NCBI GenBank assembly: GCA_963837175.1
Contig: CAWIMJ010000016.1
Coordinates: 64,001 to 128,000 of the forward strand
Direction: 5' to 3'
Origin: an uncultured Nitrososphaeraceae archaeon
Lineage (GTDB): Archaea; Thermoproteota; Nitrososphaeria; Nitrososphaerales; Nitrososphaeraceae
Length of the DNA: 64,000 nt
Position numbers and translations under genes: made by a program. This document shows positions 54,512-64,000 of this stretch, piece after piece (the first letter of the stretch is position 1; every line of letters begins with the position of its first letter). The notes under the pieces were generated by a model, which ran no database searches, had not been told where the DNA came from, and worked only from the letters and a program-made list of their open reading frames with translations.

Positions 54512-55138
54512 ATGGGAAGACGGGCTCTAATTTATCTTGCTCACATAAATCCGTTGACTAAGGCACATCAGACTATCATCACTTCATTTCTAAAAAAGAA
54601 TTATGATATCTATATTTTTCCAGTGAGATTTTTAAAAGATGGAAGGGAGATCAATACACGAAGCTTCCCATTTCCTTATATAGTAAGAAAAGCTATGGTA
54701 GAATCAGTATTTAGTCATAATAATAATATATCAATTTTACCAGACTATACATTTTTTTATCCTTTTATAAAATATTTGCCACCTTTAATTTCTCCTTATT
54801 CTTGGATTCTGCGAAATCAAATACTTAGAAATATTAAAGAAAATGATTTCGTTGCTTACACAGGCGATAGAATAGAGAGTATAGGATTGAAATTATACAA
54901 GCTTCATCCAATCAAATCAAAGAGACTAGAAGTTTCTGCTTCTGAGGTGAAAGAAATGTTATATCATCAAGCCATCAAAGGAACTGTATACGATGGTGAA
55001 GCATGGCGTAATAAGGTACCAGAAAAAGTTGTTGGCTTAATCAAGGAAAATTGGAAAACAATAGAGAAATATGCAAAATCGCCTGATTTCACAACGAGGA
55101 TAATGGGAATGAAGTTTCCAAAAGAAGGTCTTTTTTAG
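54512..55138 (+). CDS. HIGH-superfamily nucleotidyltransferase-like protein
   Basis: LAHINPLTKAH (variant HxGH), FPF...RKAM, VSASEVK, W...VP..V as in the NMNAT/PPAT fold. Confidence 0.7.
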   Translation: MGRRALIYLAHINPLTKAHQTIITSFLKKNYDIYIFPVRFLKDGREINTRSFPFPYIVRKAMVESVFSHNNNISILPDYTFFYPFIKYLPPLISPYSWILRNQILRNIKENDFVAYTGDRIESIGLKLYKLHPIKSKRLEVSASEVKEMLYHQAIKGTVYDGEAWRNKVPEKVVGLIKENWKTIEKYAKSPDFTTRIMGMKFPKEGLF

Positions 55139-55158
55139 AAGATTTTTATAATCCAAAA

Positions 55159-56091
55159 ATGACTTTGGCTTCGATGAAGATAAAGGGTGCAGAATATATC
55201 TGGTTTGATGGTAAGTTCGTCAGGTGGGACGAAGCGACTGTTCCTATTATGACCCATGCTTTACATTATGGAACTGCTGTCTTTGAAGGTATACGGGCAT
55301 ATGCTTCAAGAAATAACTTGTATATATTCAAATTGAAGGAACATATGGAACGACTTCACCGTTCTGCCAGAGTATATTCTATTGCTCTTAATTATTCTAC
55401 AAAAGATCTCTGTGAAGCAACTACACAGTTATTAAAAAAGACAGGGCTGAGGGAGTCATGCTATATAAGACCTTTGACATTTGTAGGATTGCATGGGATA
55501 GATCTGGATATTACTAGCGAATCTCCAACTCATACGGTGATTATAATTTTTCCATTTGCAAAATATTTTAAGGGAGAAGGCATTAAAGCATGTATTTCGT
55601 CGTGGCGTAGAATTCATGATACTGCAACTCCGCCTATGGTGAAGGCTGCAGGAAATTATCTTAATTCTATACTTGCAACCCAAGAAAGCAAACGTAATGG
55701 ATATGACGAATCCATTTTGCTTGATAGAGATGGATATGTCAGTGAGGCATCGGGTGAAAATATATTTTTAGTGAGGAATAGCAATATCTATACTCCCTCT
55801 ATAGCTAGTTCTGTACTCGAAGGAATTACACGCGACACTGCAATAACCATTGCAAAGAATTTAGGATATGAAGTAAAGGAGCGTTCTATCTCGAGGACAG
55901 AACTATATATGGCAGACGAAATATTTTTGACAGGTACTGCCGCTGAAATCATCGCTGTCACTAGTGTTGATGACCGAACGATAGGTAATGGGACAGAAGG
56001 TTTGATTACAAAGAGTATTCGTGAAAAGTATTCAGAAATCGTATCCGCACGTGTCGAAGATTTTATGAGTTGGTTGACTCCTATATGGTAG
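55159..56091 (+). CDS. ilvE: Branched-chain amino acid aminotransferase
   Basis: HALHYG..VFEG, YIRP, K..GNY, E..GEN.F, LEGITR, FLTGTAAE. Confidence 0.95.
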   Translation: MTLASMKIKGAEYIWFDGKFVRWDEATVPIMTHALHYGTAVFEGIRAYASRNNLYIFKLKEHMERLHRSARVYSIALNYSTKDLCEATTQLLKKTGLRESCYIRPLTFVGLHGIDLDITSESPTHTVIIIFPFAKYFKGEGIKACISSWRRIHDTATPPMVKAAGNYLNSILATQESKRNGYDESILLDRDGYVSEASGENIFLVRNSNIYTPSIASSVLEGITRDTAITIAKNLGYEVKERSISRTELYMADEIFLTGTAAEIIAVTSVDDRTIGNGTEGLITKSIREKYSEIVSARVEDFMSWLTPIW

Positions 56092-57051
56092 TAAGAGAAG
56101 GCAAGCATAAACTAGCTATTGTCGGCGTTGGAGGATGGGGTAAAAATCACGCAAGAGTTTTGCATGATTTCGGTAGTTTGGTAGCGATATGTGAGAGTGA
56201 CCCTCAGCGTGGGAAAGAACTAGCAGATAAGTACGGTGCAAGATTATACTCTTCCATAGATGTCATGCTGAACAACGAGCAAAAATTAGATGCATGTCTA
56301 GTCTGTACACCAACTAAAACGCATTATGATATTGCCAAGAGAATAATGGAAAAAGGAATCAATGTTTTTGTTGAAAAACCACTCTCTTTTTCTTCTAAAG
56401 AATGCGAAGAAATGATGGATGTAGCTGAAAGAAATAAAGTTATTTTGACTTCGGGTTACATTGAGCGGTTCAACCCTGCTGTACAAGAAGTTAAACAGCT
56501 TATAGACTGCAATACATATGGGGATCTACTAATGATGGAATTTCATAGGGAAAACCGCATGCCATTACATGTCAAAGATGTTGGAATTATTTATGATACT
56601 TCGGTTCATGATATTGATACTGCGATGTTTCTGTTTAATTGTAGGCCACAAGTTGTATTTGCTCTTTCCGGTAAGAAATTCCACACTTATGAAGATTTTG
56701 CTACTATTATGTTAGGTTTCCGCGGTCACAAAGTAGCAATTATTGCATCAAACTGGATTACTCCAAAGAAAGTTAGAAAGTTTAGTGCAGTATGCACTGA
56801 TGGTACAATTGCTGGAGATTTTATCACACAAGAAATTACTATTGACTATAAAGATGCCACCATAATTCCTCGCCGCCAACAATTTCAGGAACCCTTGACT
56901 GTGGAACTGCAAAGTCTTTTGGATGCGATAGATGGCAAAATCGACAAGCCAGTTATTTCAGCAATTGAGGCGACAAATGTTACAAGAGTAGCAGAGGCGA
57001 GCACTTTTATCTAGTAATACTGGCTCTCCAATTTATCTGGATCTGGAATAA
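56085..57051 (+). CDS. Gfo/Idh/MocA family NAD-dependent oxidoreductase (sugar-nucleotide dehydrogenase-like); +1 G at 56999
   Basis: GVGGWG, EKP, GYIERFNP, D.SVHDID. The corrected end AEAALLSSNTGSPIYLDLE* stops at 57051, 4 nt before trm112. Confidence 0.88.
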
Positions 57052-57055
57052 TAAT

Positions 57056-57364
57056 ATGAAAAAATCAATGCTTGACATTCTTGCATGTCCTATAGACAAA
57101 CACTATCCATTAGAATTGTACGAAATCAATATAAAAAATGATAACGACAATAACGATATTGATCACAATGACAGTAATATCATTATAACTGAAGGTGTTT
57201 TGTTTTGTACTAAATGCTCTCGTTTTTATCCTATCATAGATGAGATTCCAGTCATGTTGCCAGATGAACTACGTGAAAAACAAACAGATATTAATTTTCT
57301 AAAGCAATGGAATGACAAAATTCCTGAAAAAGTTACAAAGCATGGAAATCCATACCATCTTTAG
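57056..57364 (+). CDS. Trm112 family methyltransferase activator
   Basis: LDILACP, EG.L.C..C.RFYPI..EIPVMLPD. Confidence 0.9.
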   Translation: MKKSMLDILACPIDKHYPLELYEINIKNDNDNNDIDHNDSNIIITEGVLFCTKCSRFYPIIDEIPVMLPDELREKQTDINFLKQWNDKIPEKVTKHGNPYHL

Positions 57365-58097
57365 AATAAAAAAAGAATTGAGAGAAAGGCATAGGAGAAG
57401 ACAGCTATGCAAATCATGGCAATAGTACGAATGAGTCTCGCGTAATACACTGTATTTTGAACCTGCAATAAATTAATAAAAATGTGAAGACCTGGCATTT
57501 TGCATATGTTTGGAGACATCAATAAAGGTGATAATGTTTCGAGCGCTCTCTTTCGCTCTGACTCAAATGACTATAAAGTAAAAACCCGGCTATAATACAA
57601 GAAGTTAATGTTCTACGCACGTCATTAGCATGTATAGCAAAGGTATTCATTGGTCCAATATTAGTTTTATCAATGATATTTTATCCTATGAACCATAAAA
57701 TGGTTGAGATATCCATATATATGAAGATGTAATTAGTGGCAAAGGAGAAGAAATACGGAGTAAGAATTTTGAACGATTAGAGTAGTCACAATAGCGGCAG
57801 ATTGAAAAAAATGTCCTACGCATTGTTATGTCATGAACCACTGACTTAAGTGAAATATTCCAGATGTGAATAATGACATGGAAAAAAGGATTTTGAGAAT
57901 TAAACGTATCGTCCATTAACTATCAATAAATAAATATTACACTGAATTAAAGACTGATTATAACCTGAATAAACTGTTAGTACAATTAACGACTAATAGT
58001 GCTTTCGAATATTTGTCATCCTGAGAGATTGTTAATGTTATTAATTATGAAAACAATGAAGGATTAGAAAAATGTTAATCAGTCTACATGGCTTGAA

Positions 58098-59294
58098 TTA
58101 TTTTTCTGATGATATTTTATCAAATGTCGTTTCGCATACAGGATTCGCTTTCATCAAGATAAAATCTGAGTTTCGTTTGTTTTTAGTTATAACTTTGGAA
58201 AAATCATATTTAGAACAAGCTACAATTATCATTGTTTTATCAGTTGGGTATAGATCAAAAGTGACACCTTGCTGTCGGTCAACATCTCCTATGTAATCTT
58301 TCAGTTTTGATTCAAGAGACGATAGTAGTTCTATCTTGTCGCCTCTCATCTCATTTGGATCTAGTGTCCAAGCAATGGCTACTTTAGTCCTACTTGCCTT
58401 TAATTCGCGTTTCCGTAGTATATCCCTAATTTCATCTATTAGATGTTTTATATAACCTTCTATGCCTTTGAGTGCACCGTTAACAAGATACATCAAAGGC
58501 CCTGCGCCACCCAAAGACGATCCAATTGCTCTTAAGTCATATAATCCGTTTGCAACATCATCAAGATATATCTCTCTGTATCCATGATGCATCACTTCCG
58601 TACGGACATTAGCATCATGGGCATGTTTACAAATTTCTAAGATGCTAGCCATGCCAGTGTAATGCCCTAAGATCTTGATGGAATGGACAAACTCTGCGGA
58701 AATGACGTTTACATAATTCAATTTATCATGTATGTTAGGATCATATAGCATCTTGGTTATCTGCGTATCCTGTCTTGATTTTAATGAACCTATCAAAGTT
58801 TCTGGACCTATAATGGCATCTGTATTGATCGGCATATAATAATAGAAAATATCTTTGCCTACAGACATACCGGTTATATGTTCAATTAATCCAATGTTTT
58901 CATTACTCCCTCCAATTCCCGTGGGAAGAGTATAAATAATTGAAGATCCCCTTTTCAAGGCTCTAATTGCATCTCTAAACTTGGATGTAACATCACTCTT
59001 TACCTCTTGTCCAATCTTCCGGATTCTTGGTGCAAAAAATATATAGTTAGCTTCACTAATTGCTACGTCAATTGGTTCGAGAGCTAGTAATGGTTCATCC
59101 TCGATTAAAGAGCTTACATTAGGATAGGTCCGAGCAATATCTGGCTTTAACATTATAGCCATTCGAGCAGATTCATCGATTAATGAAACCTTCAAACCTT
59201 TAGTTGCAATTGAAGAGGCAATGCGATAGCCTTCTGTACTTAATCCATATACTGCCGCTGTTATCGTTGTTGACGACGCTGATCTAGCACTCAA
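58098..59294 (-). CDS. Divergent UDP-sugar dehydrogenase-like protein
   Basis: Rossmann-like AVYGLSTEG start, AEF helix, C-terminal KVAIAW...RGD; overall layout of the WecC/WbpA family. Confidence 0.6.
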   Translation of the reverse strand: MSARSASSTTITAAVYGLSTEGYRIASSIATKGLKVSLIDESARMAIMLKPDIARTYPNVSSLIEDEPLLALEPIDVAISEANYIFFAPRIRKIGQEVKSDVTSKFRDAIRALKRGSSIIYTLPTGIGGSNENIGLIEHITGMSVGKDIFYYYMPINTDAIIGPETLIGSLKSRQDTQITKMLYDPNIHDKLNYVNVISAEFVHSIKILGHYTGMASILEICKHAHDANVRTEVMHHGYREIYLDDVANGLYDLRAIGSSLGGAGPLMYLVNGALKGIEGYIKHLIDEIRDILRKRELKASRTKVAIAWTLDPNEMRGDKIELLSSLESKLKDYIGDVDRQQGVTFDLYPTDKTMIIVACSKYDFSKVITKNKRNSDFILMKANPVCETTFDKISSEK

Positions 59295-59400
59295 ATTATA
59301 TAATGACCTTCCTCCAAAAGCATCGCCCCAATCTCCTTAGCTATCTAAAGTATGGTTAAAGAAAAGGTTTTTCCATTGCAATTTAGTTATCGGATTATCT

Positions 59401-60474
59401 TTGAGAGTTTGGTTTGACATATTAACACCAAAACAGGTGATGTTTTTTAAACCTGCACTGGATTTGTTTAGGGAAGCTGGTCATGAATTATTATGCACAT
59501 CTAGAGAATATAGAGAAGTAGTAGAACTGTCGAAGATGAAGCAAATTCATCTCAAAATTGTTGGAAGACACGGAGGAGCAGGAAAATACGAGAAATTGCG
59601 TGAAAGTGCTAATAGGATATTTGAATTATCCCATATGATAAAGCAATTTGAGCCTGATGTTGCGATAGCTTTTTCGTCACCCGAAGCATCTAGAGTTTCA
59701 TATGGACTTGGAATCAGCCATATTGGATTCAATGATTCCCCACATGCTGAAGCCGTTGCACGACTTACAATCCCGCTTATGGACCATCTGTTCTCTCCCT
59801 GGGTTATACCTTATTCTGCATGGAATACATTTGGGATTCCAAAAAATAGGATAACAAGATATAGAGCTTTGGATCCTGCGGCATGGCTCAAACGGAGCCC
59901 TCTATCTCCATCTTCAGCATCCAATTTGACAAAGGAAATAGGTCTTGAAGTATCGAAAAGGAACGTTTTGATAAGATTAGAAGAGACAAAAGCTTCCTAT
60001 ATTGCAGACAAGAAGATAGAAAACACTATACATATGGTCGATGCTATTGTTGATAATTTATCAGCGACAACTAATATTATTATTTTATGCAGATATGAAG
60101 ATCAGATAATCGAAATTACAAAAAGATACAAGGGAAAAGCTTATGTTATGCAAAATGTCCCAGATGGGACCTTATTAATATCATTAGCTGACTTATTCAT
60201 TGGGGCTGGAGGTACAATGACAGCCGAAGCATCATTACTTGGAAAACCTACTATTTCTATCGCTCCTGTTCGCTTTTACGTTGAAAAGTACTTAATCAAT
60301 TCAGGCCTTGTAAGACGCGCTGTTGGTTCTAGAGACCTTATTCGGCTAAGTAAGAAGATGCTAACCGATGAACAGTATATTATTAGTCAAGAGAATAGAG
60401 CGAGATTTATCCTTGATAGTATGGATGATCCTATTGATAAGATGTTCACATTTATAACAAATCGGCTGTGTTAA
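59401..60474 (+). CDS. DUF354 family GT-B glycosyltransferase-like protein
   Basis: WFDILTPKQ, GRHGG, SSPEA, DSPH, GAGGTMTAEASLLG. Its stop codon lies inside the IS inverted repeat. Confidence 0.85.
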   Translation: MRVWFDILTPKQVMFFKPALDLFREAGHELLCTSREYREVVELSKMKQIHLKIVGRHGGAGKYEKLRESANRIFELSHMIKQFEPDVAIAFSSPEASRVSYGLGISHIGFNDSPHAEAVARLTIPLMDHLFSPWVIPYSAWNTFGIPKNRITRYRALDPAAWLKRSPLSPSSASNLTKEIGLEVSKRNVLIRLEETKASYIADKKIENTIHMVDAIVDNLSATTNIIILCRYEDQIIEITKRYKGKAYVMQNVPDGTLLISLADLFIGAGGTMTAEASLLGKPTISIAPVRFYVEKYLINSGLVRRAVGSRDLIRLSKKMLTDEQYIISQENRARFILDSMDDPIDKMFTFITNRLC

Positions 60475-61205
60475 GTTAAGGATAAAGATATAGCTGCAAA
60501 TGTACTCTTATATCCCATGGATCGTGTGGTCGTGTTTGAACGTAAGAGAACATCCGCATAGATAGTAGTGTATGCACTATACTTACATTTTCTAGTCTGA
60601 TTTTTTAAATACTTCTAAGGCATTGGAAGCTTTTAAAGAAAATAAACGAAGTCATGTTGCAGTATGGAACTGGGCATAACAATTGATCTAAAAATAATCT
60701 ACTCTATAAAGATTAGGGTCAGTGCTTTTCTCATAGAGAAGACCATAATCCAAATGGGCCATAATGATGCATGGTTATAGGTTGCAATTGAACCTACTCG
60801 TAGAATGGTTATAGATGTCTATCTATTGTCTATCTATCACTACACATAAATATATGCTTGTAATAGAAAGCTTTCTATAATCATTACTTGAAAAGCTATG
60901 GTAAGCAGAGTGGAAACTCAGATGGAGAATATGACACCCTGAGTTATGTTCTTCTCTTGGTCTTGAGTATATACTTCATCTCCGTTTGAGAAAAGCATTA
61001 TTGAAGATCTATCCAATATTTTAAGGGCAGAAGAGAATGTTTTGATGACTATTATCCTTGCCGACGCATGGGTTGTTGTGGGATATCTCATGTATACAAA
61101 TGGGCAAGCTTGTTTATGTTTAAGTGAACGCCGAAATTAGATATATCAAATTTACTACAATGATTAGATTAATGAGGGGGTGATCAGCCTTAACTTAACA
61201 CAGCC
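60464..61205 (+). mobile_element. Decayed IS6-family insertion sequence (transposase pseudogene)
   Basis: Perfect 18-bp IRs GGCTGTGTTAAGTTAAGG (60464-60481) and CCTTAACTTAACACAGCC (61188-61205). 8-bp flanks AACAAATC/AACAAACC. Broken transposase fragments YALYLHF, RSHVAVWNW, RVSAFLIE.T, AWL*VAIEP. Confidence 0.88.
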
Positions 61206-61261
61206 AACAAACCATGCGTAACATTCTAAAGATAGTAAATTATACGAAAAATACGCCCGGA

Positions 61262-61352
61262 AGCCCGGTAGAGTAATGAATTCGCCGAATGTAGTGGCCA
61301 AGCATAGAGGCCTTTGGAGCCTTTGACCCCAGTTCGAATCTGGGCCGGGCTA
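61262..61352 (+). tRNA. tRNA-Gln(TTG) with an 18-nt non-canonical intron (61272-61289, position 10/11)
   Basis: Removing 61272-61289 gives a 73-nt cloverleaf: AGCCCGG/CCGGGCT, D-stem GTGT/GCAT, GAGGC-CT-TTG-GA-GCCTT, CCCAG-TTCGAAT-CTGGG. The junctions form a bulge-helix-bulge. Confidence 0.9.
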
Positions 61353-61492
61353 GGTTTTGTTTATAAACAATACACTAGATTATTTATTCTCTTTATTTTT
61401 GATAACCAAATATAAGATACATATTACTCGATGCAAATTAGTAAATTCTTTGCAAATGTCTATCTATCTTGGATTTGTTATCTTTATTAGGA

Positions 61493-62971
61493 TCAGTCTT
61501 TTAAGTAATTTTCAACAGATATCTTTAGGTTTTGGAAGGCAGCATCAACATTCTTCTTCCGTTTTGGCACTCCCTCCTTATAACCTGAGAGCCTACGTCT
61601 AGAAAACATAATCATTTCCTCCTGCTCCTTTGGATTTGGGGAGCCAAAAGAGATTCGTAACTCAAGAGATCTTTGCGGAGTGAGGTCTTGTATGACTCGC
61701 ATTAATTCGGCTGGTTGCAGATCTGATTCAATTTTTTCCACTACCTCTTTAATATCTTGTTCTTCTAACATCATAATCTGACCTTTGTTTTGGCGAGCTG
61801 CCTTCTCAACAAGACATCCGACTAGTTTGTGGGCAAGACGAAAAGGCATTGCTTTCTTTATAACTAATTGTTCTGCAATATCTACAGAGAGAGCATAGCT
61901 ATTCTTTGCTGTCTCTCGCATCTTCTCTTTGTGAACGTCAATTGAAGTTACAACTCTGTTAACTATTTTTACAGCTTCAAGAGCAGTACTTGATGTGTTC
62001 CATAAATGAGGTTTTAACTCTTGCAGATCTCTGCTGTATCCTGATGGAAGAGCTTTTACAATAGATAGGATCGTGACCAAATTACCAATAACAGATGACG
62101 CTTTTGCCCTGATAAGTTCTAAAGGATCTGCATTCTTCTTCTGCGGCATTGCACTGGAGGAAGAACTATATTCATCCGAGAGCTCCAGATATCCAAACTC
62201 AGCGGTGGACCAGAGTATAAAATCTTCTGCCAATCTACTTAACGTATTCATGAGAATTGAGATCACTGATGTAAACTCTATAAGGGTATCCCGCGAACTA
62301 GTTGCATCAACAGAATTTCTTAATAATCCGTCAAAGCCTAAAAAAACAGCAGTTGTTTTTCTATTAATGTTAATGCTCGAACCACCTATTGCACATGCGC
62401 CGAGAGGTGATTGGTTGATTCTTCCATATGTAACATAAAGTCTATCCATATCTCTAAAAAGCGCGTCCACATAGGACAAAAGATAGTGAGAAAAGGTTCC
62501 TATTTGAGCCTGCTGAAGGTGAGTATACATAGGCATTACAGTTTCTTTATTCTCGGTTGCCTTCTTCAATAGTGAATCAATCAGATCAATAATTGCAAGA
62601 CAAATGTTGTTAATATCATCACGCACCTTCATTCTAATGTCAAGTATTACCTGATCATTTCTTGATCTTGCAGTATGCATTTTCCCGCCTGCATCTATAC
62701 CAGCCTGTTTTATAACAAATGATTCTAACGATTCATGAATATCTTCAAAACTGTCTGTTTTTAGTTGTGTGGGATCCTTTCTAACATCCTCTAAAGCTTG
62801 CAAGATTTTTTTTAATTCTTGGATAGACAAAAGGCCAATATCACATAACATCATAGAATGCGCTTCGCTTCCCATTATGTCATAATATAATAAATCTTGA
62901 TCAGCATCCATTGAGGAGAGAAACTTCAAAGTATCCTCATTGAGTGAACCTCTTGGTCTTGATCGATACAC
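61493..62971 (-). CDS. argH: Argininosuccinate lyase
   Basis: EDIH, HTARSRNDQ, MPMYTHLQQAQ, SSAMPQKKN, PFR.AH. Confidence 0.96.
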   Translation of the reverse strand: MYRSRPRGSLNEDTLKFLSSMDADQDLLYYDIMGSEAHSMMLCDIGLLSIQELKKILQALEDVRKDPTQLKTDSFEDIHESLESFVIKQAGIDAGGKMHTARSRNDQVILDIRMKVRDDINNICLAIIDLIDSLLKKATENKETVMPMYTHLQQAQIGTFSHYLLSYVDALFRDMDRLYVTYGRINQSPLGACAIGGSSININRKTTAVFLGFDGLLRNSVDATSSRDTLIEFTSVISILMNTLSRLAEDFILWSTAEFGYLELSDEYSSSSSAMPQKKNADPLELIRAKASSVIGNLVTILSIVKALPSGYSRDLQELKPHLWNTSSTALEAVKIVNRVVTSIDVHKEKMRETAKNSYALSVDIAEQLVIKKAMPFRLAHKLVGCLVEKAARQNKGQIMMLEEQDIKEVVEKIESDLQPAELMRVIQDLTPQRSLELRISFGSPNPKEQEEMIMFSRRRLSGYKEGVPKRKKNVDAAFQNLKISVENYLKD

Positions 62972-63157
62972 AAACAGAATTTAATAAAATGGGTTTATTT
63001 AACCTATAATATATATGATAATTCACTCCCATTGTTTAGAAAAAATCAAAATCTTTTTAATACAAATGATGTTAATTTTACCAATTATGATCCATGGACA
63101 TTATCTTTTTCCAATTATATGCAATAGTTAAATAGGGTTTTACAAACTTATGTTATT

Positions 63158-63478
63158 ATGAGCCAGGACATGCAACAAACTCGTAGACTAATATTTGATG
63201 AATTAACGAAGATTGTCGATCCAGAAATTGGAGTGTCTATAATGGAACTAGAATTAGTTGACAACGTCGACATTAATGCAGATAAGGTAAATATCGATTT
63301 ACACTTGACTAGCCCATTTTGCCCAGCAGTGTTTGGTTTCAAGATTGCTCAAGATGTTAGAGATAATGTCTATAAAGTTCAGGGTATAGAAGGTGTTAAA
63401 GTCAATGTTAGTAATCACTTCATGGCTGATGCTATAAATAAGCAAGTAAATGAAAGTAAGCTTCCACCTAAATCCTAA
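63158..63478 (+). CDS. Fe-S cluster assembly protein (DUF59/SufT/MIP18 family)
   Basis: VDPEIGVSI.EL.LV and LTSPFCP motifs. Confidence 0.9.
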   Translation: MSQDMQQTRRLIFDELTKIVDPEIGVSIMELELVDNVDINADKVNIDLHLTSPFCPAVFGFKIAQDVRDNVYKVQGIEGVKVNVSNHFMADAINKQVNESKLPPKS

Positions 63479-63661
63479 ATTTGTAATAAACTGGTGAGAA
63501 TTTAGTACTAATGAGCATATAGCAATGTTATGATTTTCATTTTATGATACACTCATCATCGAGTCAAAATTAATGCTCTTCTGATTAAGTCTAGTTTTTA
63601 AAATTTCAACGATATACTATTGGTGAAGATGGAGCAAAATTATTGAATGTTCCTTTTGACA

Positions 63662-64000
63662 TCAGATTGTGCTTTGATTCTGAAATTTTGCTATTTTTTT
63701 TTCATTTTTTGAAAAACCCATCAAATGACCTCTCAGTAGTTGAATGCCCAATGCTGGATCTACTCCTTTCGGACAAACTGTACTACATGATCCAGCAAAA
63801 TGACATCTCCAAATACCATGTTTCTCATCTACGATATTCAATCGCTCTTTGGTATCATTGTCCCGTGTATCTGCATAGTATCTGTAAGCCTGTGACAAAG
63901 CCTGGGGACCAGGGAATTTCGTATCCGTGGCTACAGTAGGACACGCAGAGTAACATAATCCACATTTGATACAATAGGAGAATTGCAAATATTTATCAAC
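63662..64000 (-). CDS. sdhB: Succinate dehydrogenase iron-sulfur subunit, C-terminal part
   Basis: CIKCGLCYSACP, GPQAL, D.RD, WRCHFAGSCSTVCPKG. Confidence 0.93.
   Translation of the reverse strand, partial: VDKYLQFSYCIKCGLCYSACPTVATDTKFPGPQALSQAYRYYADTRDNDTKERLNIVDEKHGIWRCHFAGSCSTVCPKGVDPALGIQLLRGHLMGFSKNEKKIAKFQNQSTI

Noticed and set aside
57365-58097. Possible decayed gene or IS between trm112 and the dehydrogenase-like gene
   Set aside because: No recognisable protein motif or terminal inverted repeats could be read.
477-63939. Many 60-155-aa ORF-track entries antisense to, or nested in, well-supported genes
   Set aside because: Shadow ORFs with no motifs, fully overlapping confident genes.

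Overview
AT-rich archaeal chromosome segment. Gene content and order fit an ammonia-oxidising archaeon of the Nitrososphaerales (Thaumarchaeota); this is inferred from protein-family recognition, not from a search. Housekeeping blocks include the start of the complex I operon (nuoABCD), TldD/PmbA, the rpo10-eno-rps2-MEMO-mvk-ipk-fni-GGPPS-gltX superoperon, an A-type ATP synthase block (E-A-B-D-small ORF-K, no subunit I), cbiT/L/F, prs, rnz, alba, ilvE, argH and the end of sdhB. There are three tRNA genes (Leu-GAG, Ala-GGC, Gln-TTG), a decayed IS6-family element with perfect 18-bp inverted repeats, and a DipZ-like pseudogene. Highlights: (1) tRNA-Gln(UUG) has an 18-nt intron at position 10/11 whose bulge-helix-bulge needs the acceptor stem to melt, and a duplicate acceptor strand lies just upstream, suggesting a folding switch. 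(2) A glutamate-racemase-fold protein has both catalytic Cys replaced by Ser and sits beside an orphan hydantoinase/oxoprolinase. (3) A Grs-like B12 radical SAM gene lies near an FNR gene and a UbiC-like/UbiA-like/MenG-like/kinase cassette. (4) Several +1 frameshifts in conserved genes fall at GCWGC, possibly a methylation footprint in a long-read assembly. (5) An unannotated 46-aa ORF lies between atpD and atpK.
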